From Oikopleura dioica (taxonomy: Eukaryota; Animalia; Chordata), in NCBI GenBank assembly GCA_907165135.1, contig OU015566.1:10478001-10542000 (forward strand): a DNA stretch of 64,000 nt, written 5' to 3'. Made by a program: the position numbers and the translations under genes. Below the pieces are notes generated by a model. The model searched no databases. It was not told the DNA's origin and was given only the letters and a program-made list of their open reading frames with translations. Shown here piece by piece: positions 25,102 to 44,348 of this stretch; the first letter of the stretch is position 1, and the number at the start of each line of letters is the position of its first letter.

Positions 25102-25604
25102 CTTGAATTTAACCGGTGACCATTTAAATCTATTCTAAGTAAACGGGTCGAGAAAGGTAACCTTCGATTGATTTTTCAAATTCAATTTGAATCAATTTAT
25201 TTTCAAAGGGCCTTCTCGCCCCGTTTACTTATTCTGTCAATTATCTGTCGGTGAATTTAGCCTCCACTTCCTTTTAATTTCCTTATCTGTGTACTGCCTC
25301 CTGACGCACTGCATTATTTTGTCTATAGATTGTATTCTCAATTGAATTTTCAAGGTCTTGAGAACTTCTCTTTTTTGAACCTATCCTAGCTCGTATTCAT
25401 CTAGTTATTATTCCGAGACTCAATAAGTTGATTGAAATATGTCAATATTATATTCAAAAAGTATTATTATTTCCTACAAACTGTTTACTTTTTCTTTTTT
25501 GCTTCGCTGCGAGTCGTTTGAATTTCAATTTTTTCTATCAACTTCAAGTTGTCAATTAAAAGAAAAAATTGGAGTTTCGCGATCTCAACTTTTCCGGTGC
25601 TAAT

Positions 25605-26737
25605 TTGATGATTTAAAAAAAAATTTCGCGGGCCCGGAAATCGTCAAAAAACTTCTTGTCTAGATTTGTAGAGCTCGTCGAGACGAGTCGAATGATATAT
25701 AAAACTCCTGACAGTTTCAAGATTTTCCGCCAAAAAAAGTGATAAGAAGGTGTCTTATCAAAAATTTTCTGACCGGCGCCGTTTTTGTTCTAGAAAAGCT
25801 GAGGTGATGCTTGACCCCGGAAAATGATCCTCATGGTCTGTTCTATTCCGGCAAAAAATTTCAGCTCGTTATCATTTACCCAGCCGAGTTTATCGTTAAC
25901 CCGATAACGCGAGTTTGAAATTATACGATAACGAGAGCGGGAGCAGTTAGTGCACCCGGGCCATCTAGAACAATTTTAAGCAAAAAGAGCGCAAAACTGC
26001 TTGTTTTCTTGGTCTGTAAGACGGCGCTTTCGTCGGATTTTTGAAAAATGCTCGGTCTAGAACTCCTGAGAACTCTTTTTTGTGAGGAAAAACGCGAAAA
26101 GAACGCGCGCTCTCTTGATGAATGTTATGTAACATTGAGTTCTCGAGACGAATTTCCAAAAATTTCCTCCTTTTTTGTAAAAAATAGGGATTAAATAAAG
26201 AGTATGAAGATTTCTTAAAGTCAAAGTAAGTGAGGAATAGGTGCTAGAATCTAAGTTTTTTTGAATTTTTGGATTATCTTCAAAATTGAAGAAAATCACA
26301 ATGCAACAACTAGCTCTGGGAGCACTAAGTGCTCCCGCTCTCGTTATCGGGTTAAATTTCATTTTCCAAGGAAAATGGGACTGTAAATGGGCCGGAAACT
26401 AGGAACGTGCAGCGACAACAAAATGCACTAATTTTTTGATTTTTCGCTGATAAGCACAGCAGGATATGTGAGGACGAGCTGAAATTTTTTGCCGGAATAG
26501 AACAGACCATGAGGATCATTTTCCGGGGTCAAGCATCACCTCAGCTTTTCTAGAACAAAAACGGCGCCGGTCAGAAAATTTTTGATAAGACACCTTCTTA
26601 TCACTTTTTTTGGCGGAAAATCTTAAAACTGTCAGGAGTTTTATATATCATTCGACTCGTCTCGACGAGCTCTACAAAACAAGACAAGAAGTTTTTTGAC
26701 GAGTTCCAGGCCCGCAAAATTTTTTTTGAAATCATCA
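25605..26737. mobile_element. Long-TIR non-autonomous element (about 270-bp inverted arms)
   Basis: TGATGATTT..GGGCCC..GTAGAGCTCGTCGAGACGAGTCGAATGATATATAAAACTCCTGACAG..GGCAAAAAATTTCAGCTCGT is mirrored at 26475-26737. TSD not identified. Confidence 0.85.
25900..26351. mobile_element. piggyBac-like MITE nested in the long-TIR element
   Basis: TTAA flanks (25896-99 and 26352-55); termini CCCGATAACG; subterminal CGATAACGAGAGCGGGAGCA.TTAGTGC repeated in inverted orientation. Confidence 0.75.
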
Positions 26738-27266
26738 TTTATGCTTTCTGAAAATATTTCAATTTCAATGTAAAAACGGACGTTTTAGTATTATGTTGAC
26801 GATAAAGGAGTCCGAATTGTATTCTGGTGATGTTCACACAATAACTCGAAATCAAAAATCATTCAAATAAACAACAACGACACTGTTCTTGTTTGTACCA
26901 TCCGCTGACAATCAAATCACCAACAAAACAAATCAAGACAACCCACTGAAATTCACCTAATATCACCCACTATTCTGTTCCTTTCCAAAAAATCGATTCT
27001 TCTTCGTCAATTGTAATAAATCATAACTTAAAAACTGCGATTGAAACAGAAATAAAGACAAGCCATTTTATATCACCTTCCAGTTTTGAAACATTCTTGT
27101 TTATTTCGCCACAGAAAATATACTTGATAATAACTCGGTTAATTTTTAATGTGGCCTGCCAGACACAGGGAAAGGCAACAAGTGTCTATATCAACTTTTA
27201 GTCAAATAGATACGACACAAGTTTGTTTTTGAGAAAGACAATTCAGAGAAATAATTAAGACTGAAG

Positions 27267-28743
27267 ATGCGATTATTTTTTCTCCTCGTTTCATCTGCGT
27301 TTTCTTCGCTTGTTCAAAAGTCAAAATTTCAAAATGCTGTGAAATTTCGGGATTGCGGAAGCAATGGGATGGTTGTTCAAAATGTCGAAGTCACGCCTTG
27401 CGACGTTCAGCCCTGTGAGCTTTTCCATGGGCAGAATTACTCGATTTCCGTCGACTTTACAAGCCAGGTAAGCACTTTGTAGAATTGGTACTCTTCCTTG
27501 ATATCAATAATGATCACTTCGAGTCGTCTCTTTCGCAATAGAATCAATACATAGTATCACCATCTATCTACGAGAATCCCAAAATAAATTGCTCGTCTTT
27601 AATCGCTATCTATCATTATATTTATTTTCACGCTTGAAAATACGCCGCATCATCACTTTTTCCATTTTCGACAAAATCAATAGAAGCCCTTATCTCTTCT
27701 CGTTTTTGACTTTAAACTTTACGATCGCCTTGGGGCAGTGGGGTCATGCAGGCACGTGCTGACCTGTCAAGTAAGGTCTGGTGACATTGGGTCTGACTTA
27801 GAGGCTTTTCTTGATCACATGACCGCATTACGCAATCCGCGCGTTTTTTGGAGACGCGCCCGATTCTCTATCTTTCTGAGCTCAGAGCTCAAGCCAAAAT
27901 GACCAAAAAGAGCGAGAGAATAGAAAGAACAAAGAGACCGCGCCGCCACGCGCTGAATAAAGATGGATTCTGAGCGTCGACTTGAGCTGAAAAAAAAGAA
28001 GTTGATTTTTTATATAGAGCGATGACTTTGTTTCGTTCAAACTTTGTGGACAATTGGGACCCGTTTGTGTGCCCTTTCCAACTGGAGTCAAGGACTTCCA
28101 AGGTAAGAGCCTTTCCTAGAGAATATTTATCGACAAATGAAATATTGATTTATAGATTCTTCATAGAATAGGAATAATCTAAAATAAGAATCATTCTAAA
28201 ATATAAATCCATTTTTTCTAGTGACTGCCGGCGCAAACAAATTCTCTTATTCAATGCCTATTCTATCGAGCTATCCAAACATCAAGGTCGTTGGAAAATT
28301 CGAATTCACGTAAGTTCACTCCGCCGCCGGGTGAGATCATCGCCGGCACGGTCAATTAGCCGGATACTTCGTTTTCTGGTTCAAATGACATCTTGTGTTT
28401 TTCGTTGAATGTGATAGAGTTTCTGAGAAATTTAACGGCGGAGAATTTATTTAATTGATTTGTGAGCCTACCGCCGGTTTGGAAATTACCACTAAAGAAA
28501 ATATTTATGAGCTCATAAATCAGCTAATAAATCTCCAGAAAACGACTCTTATCGACAAGTAAACTTATAACTGTTATCTTCAGTGGACAGAGCAAGGCCT
28601 GTTTCATGGTGCCGCTGAAGATCATGCCTTCAAAAATCTCCGAAGAGAACGTTTTCCGACTGGAAAATATTATCCCAGGTCTTGACTCACTGTCTCGTAA
28701 ACAGTCATCGGATCATCACGATGATGGAGATGAGCGTCTCTAA
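27267..28743 (+). CDS. NPC2: NPC2-like ML-domain lysosomal sterol-binding protein
   Basis: Signal peptide, then VKFRDCGS, VEVTPCDVQPCEL..GQNYSISVDFTS, VPFP, YSMPILSSYPNIKVVGKFEF, ACFMVPLKI. Four exons. Confidence 0.88.
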
Positions 28744-28893
28744 AACAATGCCCGAATCGCGCGTCCTAGTCATTCTATCCACAAAACTTGTTCTCTCACT
28801 GCTATTTTCCCTTTTTTCTGAAAAATTTCTTCACAGATTCGATTTCGACAAAAAAATCGTAAAAAGAGAATTTTGATTTCAGAAGTGGGATAA

Positions 28894-29339
<446 letters not shown>

Positions 29340-30244
29340 AGGTAGACATAAATTATTCACGCCCTTATTAACGAGATCCTAGATGATCTCAATCGATGAT
29401 CGGGCTCTCCATTCTCCAACCAAAAATACCATAAAAATTCAAAAAAGCTCTTGAAACTCATCAAAAAAATGCTCTTTTCTTGCGCCTCGCCTCCCTCTCT
29501 TCCCATTACTAATGGGGCCATTAGCGAACGACGAATTATGGATTGAAAAAAAACATCAACCAAATACACATTTATCTATATCAAGATACTCATCCCTTTT
29601 TTATCTATTTGTCGTATTCTATCAGTATCATTGAAATATCGCTAAATTTTGGTTATGAAGACCTCATTGTGTCAAAAAAGCAGCCAATTTGACCTCATCA
29701 TCAACACAGGACTATTTCTACTCTGTCTTTTACCAGTATTTTCTTATTTTTATTATCAGCGCTCCGCATAATTATTCAGAGCCCCCACTTCACTGTACAT
29801 TTATCGCTTCAGGAAATTCGCTTAAAAAAGGATATTTAAAATTTTTTGTTCGCTGCGAGGTGAGGTTTTATTTTGTTATTTTCTTTTGCGTTTTGTTTTA
29901 CAAAGAGTGAAGCCTCTTTGCTCTTGAGTGAAACTATTCTTACGATTCTCTTTTTTTTTCTACAAAAAATCACAAAAAAGGATTCACTATCGTAGTGAAC
30001 GGAAAAAAGGTGTTACCGCGATTTTCGTCTTTTTCAGGATTTTCTCTGTTCCGTCTATTTCAAAATAAACTTCAACAAAATTCGAAAACCAGTGTTTGGA
30101 ATCGGCAAGTTTATTAGACAAAGTGCAGTTGTTAGTTGAAAGCAGTGATGGAATCATCAGCAGTGACGATAGAATACGTATCTGATTAGGTTGAACTTTT
30201 TTAATAGCACTAGTATCTGCTCGATACTAAGTTGGCTTTGGAAC

Positions 30245-31782
30245 TTATTCAGGTGCAATTTGCCAGGCATAAATAGGCAGTCCGCTTTCTGAAAGGCTTT
30301 CCATCGATCCGATAGAAGTTTCTCTTTCTGAAGCGACCCTATAGGGCCTAATAATCACTTGTGGATCATATGTTTCTTGCCGCGAATTTGTACTCTTCGT
30401 TGATTTCTCAAAGGTCTGCTCAACCCTTCCTGGGAAGTTTCTGACGTTCTTTCGTCCTTCGACTTTCTTGTTCAGTTGCTCGAGCTTGTAGAGATATTCT
30501 TTCTTTTCTTTCTTTAGGTCGTCTTAACAAAAGATTCTCACAATTTCAAGCTGAAAAAAACCCTCACCGAAGAACATCTCTGACTGTCGAAGCTCCCACT
30601 TAGCATTGTCTCTCATGATCTTTTCCAATCTTGGTTTTTCCCGTTCTCGTTCCACTTAAAATCAGTTGGTTGATTGCTTAAGTTTCTATCTACCTAGAAG
30701 ATCTTGCTTCTCTCGAAGGCTTGCTTGTCTGCTCTGCTGTTCTAGCTCGAGCCGCTGTGCAGTTTTCTCCAGCTCTCTTTGCGCCTTTTCGATTTCTGAT
30801 TTGGGAATCTTTGGCTTTGCTTTTTTGGCCTCGGACTGAAGCCGACTGACAGTTGCGTTGAGTTCCAAGATTCTATAAAAATAAGACAGAACCAAGTGAA
30901 CTTCTCGATACCTGGACGTAAGTTTCTCTTGGTTCTTGTCGAAAATCCCTTTGTTCGAAGGCGTTGTGAATTCCTCGTTTAAATTTTTGATCACTTCAGA
31001 ATCGTCTTCAACATCTTTGATTGCTGCATTTACCACGCTCAACTCATGGTCAAGTTTGTCCAGCTGTTCTTGAAGTCGTTGATTATCGCGATTGACTTCC
31101 CCGATTTCTTTATTTTGTCGATCTTGAGCAAGGCTAAAGGTGCGTTCTTTCGCCATGTGTTGGGAAGAAAGAGCTCTGACTTCATCTTTAGTAGCATTTA
31201 CGCTCCCTGATTTGAGTTTAAATCATTTCTAAATCAAGTTTTACATCTAATTTTGAAAAATGCAAAACTCTCCTTGAATTTCTTCGATTCCCTTTTGGAG
31301 CTTCGCGGATTCGCCTTGAATGAATTCCTTCTCCTTCGTTATAGTCGCCAAATCTTGCTCCAGTTGAGCATGCTCCTGGATCAATTCTTCAAGCTCCGCT
31401 GTCGCTTCATGAGACCCTTTCAGTTTTCTTCCCATGGTTCTCTTATTGACGAAAATAAAAGAAATCTGAGAGACGTTAGATTAGTCTAAGAACCGTGCCT
31501 ATTGTTTGCCATGATCTCGTCTTCAGCTATTTCTGCATCATTGATTGTCTTCGTCGCACGATCTAGCTGATCTTGAACATCTTTGAGCTCTTGCCAGAGC
31601 TGCGCTTTAGATTTTTGAGGACTTCCAGAAAACGATGGAGCTGGTCCTCTTGGCATTGAAACTGACTTTGTTTGACCAGTCTTTATGAATCAGTTTGAAA
31701 TATCATAATCACTTTTTTCACTAACCTTCATGTCGTTAAATGTCATCCCCTGAAGCATGTTTTGGAGACCTGCTCTTGACAT
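30245..31782 (-). CDS. Uncharacterised coiled-coil protein (about 7 exons)
   Basis: In-frame GT-AG exon chain from MSRAGLQNML to ...YAWQIAPE*, with long heptad-rich E/K/Q/L segments (ORFs 30686-31156 and 31247-31435). Confidence 0.75.
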
Positions 31783-32114
31783 GCTTGCCGAAAATAAGCT
31801 TGGAACGCGAAAGAATATGTATTTCTCTTGTACTCGTAGAAAAATGCCTCGTTACTTTTTCTCTTTTTGTTCAGATATTGAGGCGCTCAAATCGTCGTTT
31901 TACGACCTTTTGTTCATTACGAGCTTTTCCCTCCTTTAGCGAAATTTCAAACTATCCACTTATTCGCTTCTTTTTTATTATGAAATGAGTCCAAAACATC
32001 TGAATCGTTTTCCGGGATACTGTTGATTACTTCAAATAAACGTACAAATCTGACTTTTCTGGTTATTTATTATCAATGATAGGCAGTTGCAGCTAGTCAG
32101 GAGCAGGAAAGATA

Positions 32115-34126
32115 TCAATTAAGTGGCCTCAATTGCTCAGCACAGAGAATATCATCAGGTCCTCGAGTCTCTCTAATCTTTCGTGTTTCATCGTCAAATG
32201 TGAAGAGTCCTTCAAGTGGAACTCCCTTGAACTTTTTAGCACCGACTGTGCTCTTCGAATGGTCGTTGATTGGATATGTTGGCCATCCGAGACCCCATGC
32301 TTCGGCGAGGTGGCTAAGGAAAATGTTCGTCAACCAGCGATGAGCATGGGCAGTCCAGTGGATTCCATCGTTCTCTCGGAACTGTTCTTGGCAGTTTCTG
32401 AACCAAAAATTGGCGTCTAATACATCCCACTTTTTCTCGTTCATGATTGGGATCAGATTCAAGTTGCATCGCGCGATATCTTCTCTGTACATCGCGCTGT
32501 TGTTTTCGCCTACAAAAACGACAAGGTGAGAGGGATCGGATGAAGCAACAAACCTTTTCCTTCAAGGACGCCTCCTTTAGTTTCTGCAGCGATTGGCATG
32601 GAAGTTCTCCAGATTTTCAAACAAGGCTGGAGAAGTGTGCATTTGTTTATTGCTTCCATTTCCTTTCTCCGAATAAAATCACAGAGTCTTTCTATATTTC
32701 GCTGGAACGTCGGGTAATAGTTGAATCCTGCAGGATGGTTTAGAAGAAACTTTTAATATGGAAAAATACCGTTCTTGTCCTTGGAAGGGCGAACTTCCTC
32801 CCATCGACTGATGTCCCAAAAGGTCGAGTTTATGCAAATGACGTCTGGAAAATGGTCTTCTGTCAACACGTTCAATAGCTGCTCAACATATTCATTATAG
32901 GCTCATTAGGAATTCTTATGCGTCTCTGACGTGGACTTGGGCACACGGCGCGTATGAATTTAGGCACCGCATCGCCACCGCTACCAGGCGAAAGCGTCGA
33001 AAATGAAAATCGTCTTTTTTTCGAAATCAACGAAGAGAATTAAAAAATTACGAGTCCCTTTCCTCGAGTGATAAAACCAAATCGGATAAGAATCGAATCC
33101 GTCCAGTTCCATTGCTTTTTCCGGGCAAGCTCTTTTTCCTGAAAAGTAATATCTAAAATCTTTTCATTTTAACCCGCTTTTACCTCATAAGTAAGTGGCC
33201 AATATCCGCGATATTCGCGAACTTCCGTGAAATTCGTCTGATTTGTCAATTCCGAAACATTCAAGCACACATCCCCACGATAGCTATTTTCGCCCTTGGC
33301 TCGCTTTTCGGCATCTAAGAAGTTGGATAATTAAGTTAATATTCCCGTAATCAAGTCGCCACTTGTTGTGACGTTGAGTTTTTAGATTGGCGTTTTAATG
33401 AAAATATGATTGCCATGGAATGACCAATAAAGCTGTCATCGTAACAGATGAAGGTTTTGAGATTACTACCTTGTCCACTTGATCTTCAAAATGAAAAGGG
33501 AATTTTCGGAAGATCAAGCTAGTGAGATTGAGCTTGAAAAAGTGGATGATGTAAAAATTTAAGCCGCTTTTTCCTATTTTTTTCATCTTTTGATGCTCAG
33601 AGGCGTAAATATTTAATCTGACAGACAGTTGATGCTCTAACTAGACAATCATTCGTATAGTTCTGAATTCTTGGCTCGGCAAACTGTGTAGAAAACCTAA
33701 GTAAGGTTCTCAGAGAGCTCAAATTTCCACTAGGTGGCTTTTCGTGAAAGCTCTTCAAATCCTGAGGATTCCCGACTCAGGTTTTCTACACAGGCCGCCG
33801 AGCCCAGTCTGAATTGGGAAGGGCCCCAGACCGAGTAAAATGGGAAGGCCAGTGTTGCTCGCGAGAGAACCTGTCGGACAACACCTCCTATCGATACCAT
33901 CGATCAATATTTCTTTGCCTATAATTGAACAGTCCAGCAAAGGGTTTATTCTTCGTCCCAACAAAAAATTAACAAAAAGAGAAAATAACGAACCTCCCAT
34001 AAGATGACCATCGTGGACAAGGGCAACCAGGTCTTTGTACATCCCTCGTTGAACAGAATCTCCAAGAAAAAGAATATAACGCTGTTTTAAAAGAATCCGC
34101 GCTTGGGTTCTTTTTGAGGATAACAA
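32115..34126 (-). CDS. PCED1: PC-esterase (SGNH-type) protein, PCED1/FAM113-like
   Basis: YILFLGDSVQRGMYKDLV, FTEVREY, IRFGFITR, PDVICINSTFWDISR, WDVLDANFWFR, DGIHWTAHAHRWLTNIFLSHLAEAWG match PCED1A/B. The 5' end may extend to about 34591. Confidence 0.88.
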
Positions 34127-35130
34127 TCGTACTGTAAATACGACTTTGTAATTGACGCACGATATCTGTCATTTCAGACGTTCGAGCCCACAGCGTGTCT
34201 TTAAAGTTACAGTGTACACACACTGATTTACTGAATAAATGAACTTCCTTTTTTTTGCACGCGAATCAGGATATTTGCATACTCAGGTATTCATCTTGAC
34301 CTTGAGAAAAAAAAGAATCGACGCTTGATTGTTTTATGATGAAAAATAAGGGATAATGCAAGATTATTAATTGAAAGTCAATCATCTTAAAGTTCAATCT
34401 GATGAAACTACGTCTATTGAGCGGAAAAACGCATTTTTCACCAATAAGATTGGTATTTTAGCCGATTGTTCGCCCGTAGGTAGGTTTAATCTGCCCAGGC
34501 AATTGTTAATCAGGCCCTGAGGCGAGTTCGTTCCAGAGATTTTATCCCCTTTCCTGAGAAATACATTCCCAGGTTGAGCCTTTTCCGACATGAGTCCGTC
34601 CTAAATAATTCGCTTGCCCAGTTCTTCAATACTTCAAATTCTTCCAGAATTTCGTTTTCAACCCTTTTTTCTTCAATCTCTCCACGGCGGCCTCAGGAGG
34701 ACTCGCTAATTGGCCGCGTAGGTAAATAACGCGCGTCCATTGGCCGTGAGGACGCGCAATGGGCGCAATAGGTGTAATTGCTCGACTCGAGTCGACTCGA
34801 TTTCCGAGCCAAAAAGGAAAACGATCGACTCGAAAACTCAGAACTTCCTTGAACTTAGATTTTCAATCTTCAGAGTTTCATCGACCAATCACAGGAAGAG
34901 AAAAGTGGCTGGAGGAGCCCCCTCTCCCTCTAGTGGAAGAATTACTAATTGAAGGACGATTACCACTTTACATAAAGAGTTTTTACGTCCATTTATTACA
35001 GCAAAATTAAATTAAGACGTCGTTAAAGACATAATAAAAACGCGATTACTTACTATCAGCAATGTTTTATGACATCATTTAGAGCCCCTTTATGGAAGGC
35101 GTATGATTAGTTTACGGAATTTGTTATGTA

Positions 35131-36227
35131 ACGTACCCCACCCCCTTGCTCGCTCACATTTTGTGAACATTTTTCCCTTGCCCGCTTAGTTAAATTTCAT
35201 CAAAATCCCCTTGCTCGCTCTCATTCTTTTTTCAGCGCGCTCCATAAGTCGCCACCTTTCTTTTCACCACGCGTGCCCTTGTTCGCTCCTCCTCACCCAT
35301 TTATCCCTTGTTCGCCGCGAGACCGCCAAAGCCTAGCTCGGCTTGGGTCGCTCTTACTTTGGACTCAAGCTTTTCATTGGGAGCTATATTTTCGATTTCC
35401 ATGAATATTTTTACATTAACTAAACTTTATTTTCTCTGATTTAAGCGTCCAGTTAACTTTATTGTAGCATCGCTGAACTAATAGTACCTAATTTAGCGTT
35501 GCGAAATGTGCTAATGAAATGTGCGTTAGTCAGTCAGAAATGCCAACCGCGGTATAATGCCATTAACTTGATTGTGTGACTTCATAGGTACATTTATACT
35601 CAAAATAGTCGGATCTTCAAGTTGAGACTGCTTAAACTGGTTTATTTCACCTTAGCGTTCTACAAGGTAACCCTGCAAGGTACATGTAGGTAACCCAGAT
35701 TTTTCCGTCAATTCTTTCCAAAAATCTCAATAAATGAATTTTGAGAAAGAAGACATGAGATTTTTAATAAAGGCAGTTTCTAAGTTTTAATCCAAGTACT
35801 TCGAGTACTAATTTTTACTTGAAATCGGGGGTCAAAATTTTCCTCTTATGAAGACGATATGAAATTTACACAAAATGGACCTGAAAGAACATAAAAAGAT
35901 AAGTTTCTTTGGAAAAAAAATCATGAAAATCCAATTAAAAAAGCCTGTTCAAAAGTAAAAACGAAGATAAGCTATGCATTATAAAGCGTTCTCGCGGGGC
36001 TTCACGAGCGAACAAGGGATAAATGACGGAGAAAGGCGGGCGAGCAAAGATGCGCCGTCGAAACCAAGGAGAGCGAACAAGGGGGCGTAGAAAGCAAAAG
36101 AAGGAAAGTGACCAAGGGAATTTGGTAACAAAAAGCGAGCGACCAAGGGGGGTCTTGTTAGAGTTTAACTAAGCGAGCAAGGGAAAAATGTTCACAAAAT
36201 GTGAGCGAGCTAGGGGGTGGGGTACGT
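35131..36227. mobile_element. TA-flanked MITE (Tc1/mariner-type TSD)
   Basis: TA|ACGTACCCCACCCCC..GCTCGCTCACATTTTGTGAACATTTTTCCCTTG is mirrored at the right end and followed by TA. Subterminal CTTGTTCGC/GCGAACAAG repeats. No ORF. Confidence 0.8.
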
Positions 36228-36963
36228 TATTTAGAGTTTCCAACCGTTCATAAAGAGAAATTTTTCTTGGGAGAAAATCATTTGGGAAAAAGAAACAAAA
36301 AGAGAAAAATTCCTGAAGATTTTTTGCCGATATCTCGAGTATTGTGAGAACCCATTTTATGGCCAAGTGCATTTGAGTCCTTTTGGGTCACATTTATTTC
36401 AGAAAAAGACCTGAAGCAAGTTCAAACATGCCCGCGGGCGAGGGCGGAACAAGGTCGCCTCGAGCTATTTGCTTAGGAGTATACTTTTTTGAAATTGACG
36501 TCACCCGCCGCTGGGCACTGTTTGATAAAGAAAGAATACTTCAGGAGGATCTTACGCACTCTCCCTCTCGATGATGTGATCATGTGTACAACAAGAAGAC
36601 TACAGCAGTAGTTGCGTGTGCCCAAGCCCAGTTAGAAAAAAAGTATTGGAGGCGAACAATAGGGCTAGGGGAGCCCAACACGGCGCCCTTGAGCAAAGTC
36701 TTTACATAGTTTTTTCTCTTTCTCTTACTCCATTTCTTTGAGACTGAAGGAGATAAGAGCCTGAGAACCGGCGAGAAAATAGTCTTTGAATTCTTGAGTT
36801 TCTTGAAATGGAGCTTGGCAAGAGAGTACTTTTGGGCGAAGAAATCAAGGAAGAGAATTTTCTTTTCTTAGGGAAAATCTGCTGATAATAATTACTATGC
36901 GTATGGATAGATAGAGTTATAAACAATAAGAATTTCGTTTATTCTGAGAAATTATCCAGGAAT

Positions 36964-38020
36964 TTAAATAGTTTTCTTCGAATTCCGGAAGAGCCGGTTA
37001 ATCCTGGATAAAAAGTATTTACGTCCTGGCATTTTTACGAGTGGCCCCCATTCACGGAAATTACTCGTGTATGAATTCTGTCTCGCATTCAAATTTATCC
37101 AAATCTTATGACAGTCGATTACTATTCTGGAGAGACAGCTTCTCAACCTTAGAGGAGAGCTAATAGCGAACATGCATAAAAATCATCGTCGGTGTTAAAT
37201 ATTCATCCCCAAGCTTTTATTCTATATTTGCAATCGATATTTTCACTTTATTCCATTTTCTCGCGTTACTCAGTGAGAATAAGGCAATTCATCAGCATAG
37301 TCAGTGAAAATCGGTGATATCGATTGTCATATCCACCCGGGACGGAATAATCAACCTAATTATCATCTATATTTCTCTAATGTTCCTCAATTGACCATGC
37401 TAAGCGGATGAACATGATGATGGCCCTTCACTAAAATTGGCTTGATAGCATTTTTGGAACGATCCCTTTCGGTGATCCTCCTTAAATTTTTTATATAATG
37501 ATGTCAGAAAAAGTCTATCAATGTACATTAAGAAATAAGAGTTAATTGACTAAGGTGCGATTGTTAAAATTTCGAGTGTATCCCTACGTCACAACCGATT
37601 TCCTCCCCGTTGACGTCACGATTATATCGAAATATTTTCTTGTATTGATCGATATAAGTTGTAAAAAAACGAACTTTCAAAAGGGCAGAAGATAAAACAA
37701 TTTGGCATTTTAGACAAAATGTGTCAAAAACAATAACCAAAGGGACCCTCCTGTCTCCGCCGTCTATTTTGGCAAATTGATGGCTCACAACAGCGGGGTT
37801 TATCAAGAGTCAAAGCACTCTCGCATTGATTTATTGGGGGAGAATTTGCATTTTCTCAGCTGCCCAAAGGCATTTTACAGGCACGCCCTTAATATACTGA
37901 CAGTTTTAAGAGGGACTATCTTCTCTAAATTCTATTGCCAAGATATAGAATTTCTATCCGATAATGTTCGGTATTTTCCCAGCGAAAGTAATCCGTGTCG
38001 TTATCTTTATTTTATGTGAA
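36964..38020 (-). CDS. Possible Cys-rich multi-exon gene
   Basis: Coding-like fragments (DTDYFRWENTEHYRIE; QCESALTLDKPRCEPSIC; EEIGCDVG; KCYQANFSEGPSSC). The chain is not resolved and no family can be assigned. Confidence 0.2.
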
Positions 38021-38591
38021 TGTCAACTGCATCCATAACCGTAATACGCCTCGTTAGAAAACTACTCTTTTCACGCGTTTTCGCAACCTTTTCGCCGCAT
38101 AAGTTTTTATTACTTTCAAGACCACAATTTTTCCTTGAATTCATACGCCCAATTTATCCAAATGTACATGATTAAATAGAGAGTCCGCTGAGCAAGGAAC
38201 TCTTAGGGTAGAGCTTTACGTCTTTTACTGATCCTGCGGGATAATCCTAGCCTAGAGACTATTTGACGTCGTGGAGGAAAGGTGCTCTGAAAGAAAGTGG
38301 CCACGTCGGCTTATTAAAAAGGTCAAAGAGAGTTAGGATCATGTCAAGGTCTTCACTTTTGAAATGCCAGATAGTAACGTAATTATCGTTGTAGAAAAAT
38401 CAATACCTATTCCCTTAACATCATCTTCAGTTTATTCACCTTCCCAATCCCCTGTCTGACTAGAAGTTATGCCCTTTTTACTGTTCCTCATTTTATTTAT
38501 TCAATTGAAACAGTCAAGTTTTGTTTAGATCATTCGAAGTTGTCCGAAATGGCGACTCATTGTTTCTTTGTCATCATGAGGTCGTTATAAT

Positions 38592-43884
<5,293 letters not shown>

Positions 43885-44348
43885 AACTCCGAAAGTGTCT
43901 TCATCCAAAAAAACAAAAACTACATTTCTAACTGAATCTTCTTAACTACTTTCTACCTTTCTTCCGCCGCGATTTCCACCGTGAGCAACTTAAACTATTA
44001 TTATATAAATCTCAACATCTCAGAACGAGGCGCTGTTTATACTGATTATATATTCCTTTGTACATCCAAAAATAAGGAAATGCCCGTCTCAGAATATGAG
44101 AAACAAAAAAGAAAAGAACTAAAGCAAAAACGAATAAGCATTCATTTTGATCTTGACTGAAAAATTATTCAGCAGACCTTCTAAACTTTCTTTTTCAAGA
44201 AAAAAACTTGTGTAAATAAGATTATGTACATATTTCCAAGCTAGTAAAAAGGCAGGTATTAAAAATTAAGTCATACTTTTTTACCCCTTACGAACAAGAA
44301 TGAACAAAATGAGTGAAAATAGAGTCTTTAAAAATCTTCGATTGTAGA

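Noticed and set aside
29588-29605. ACTCATCCCTTTTTT resembles the 5' end of the Oikopleura spliced-leader sequence as I recall it
   Set aside because: Similarity stops after about 15 nt; no SL donor or Sm site follows.
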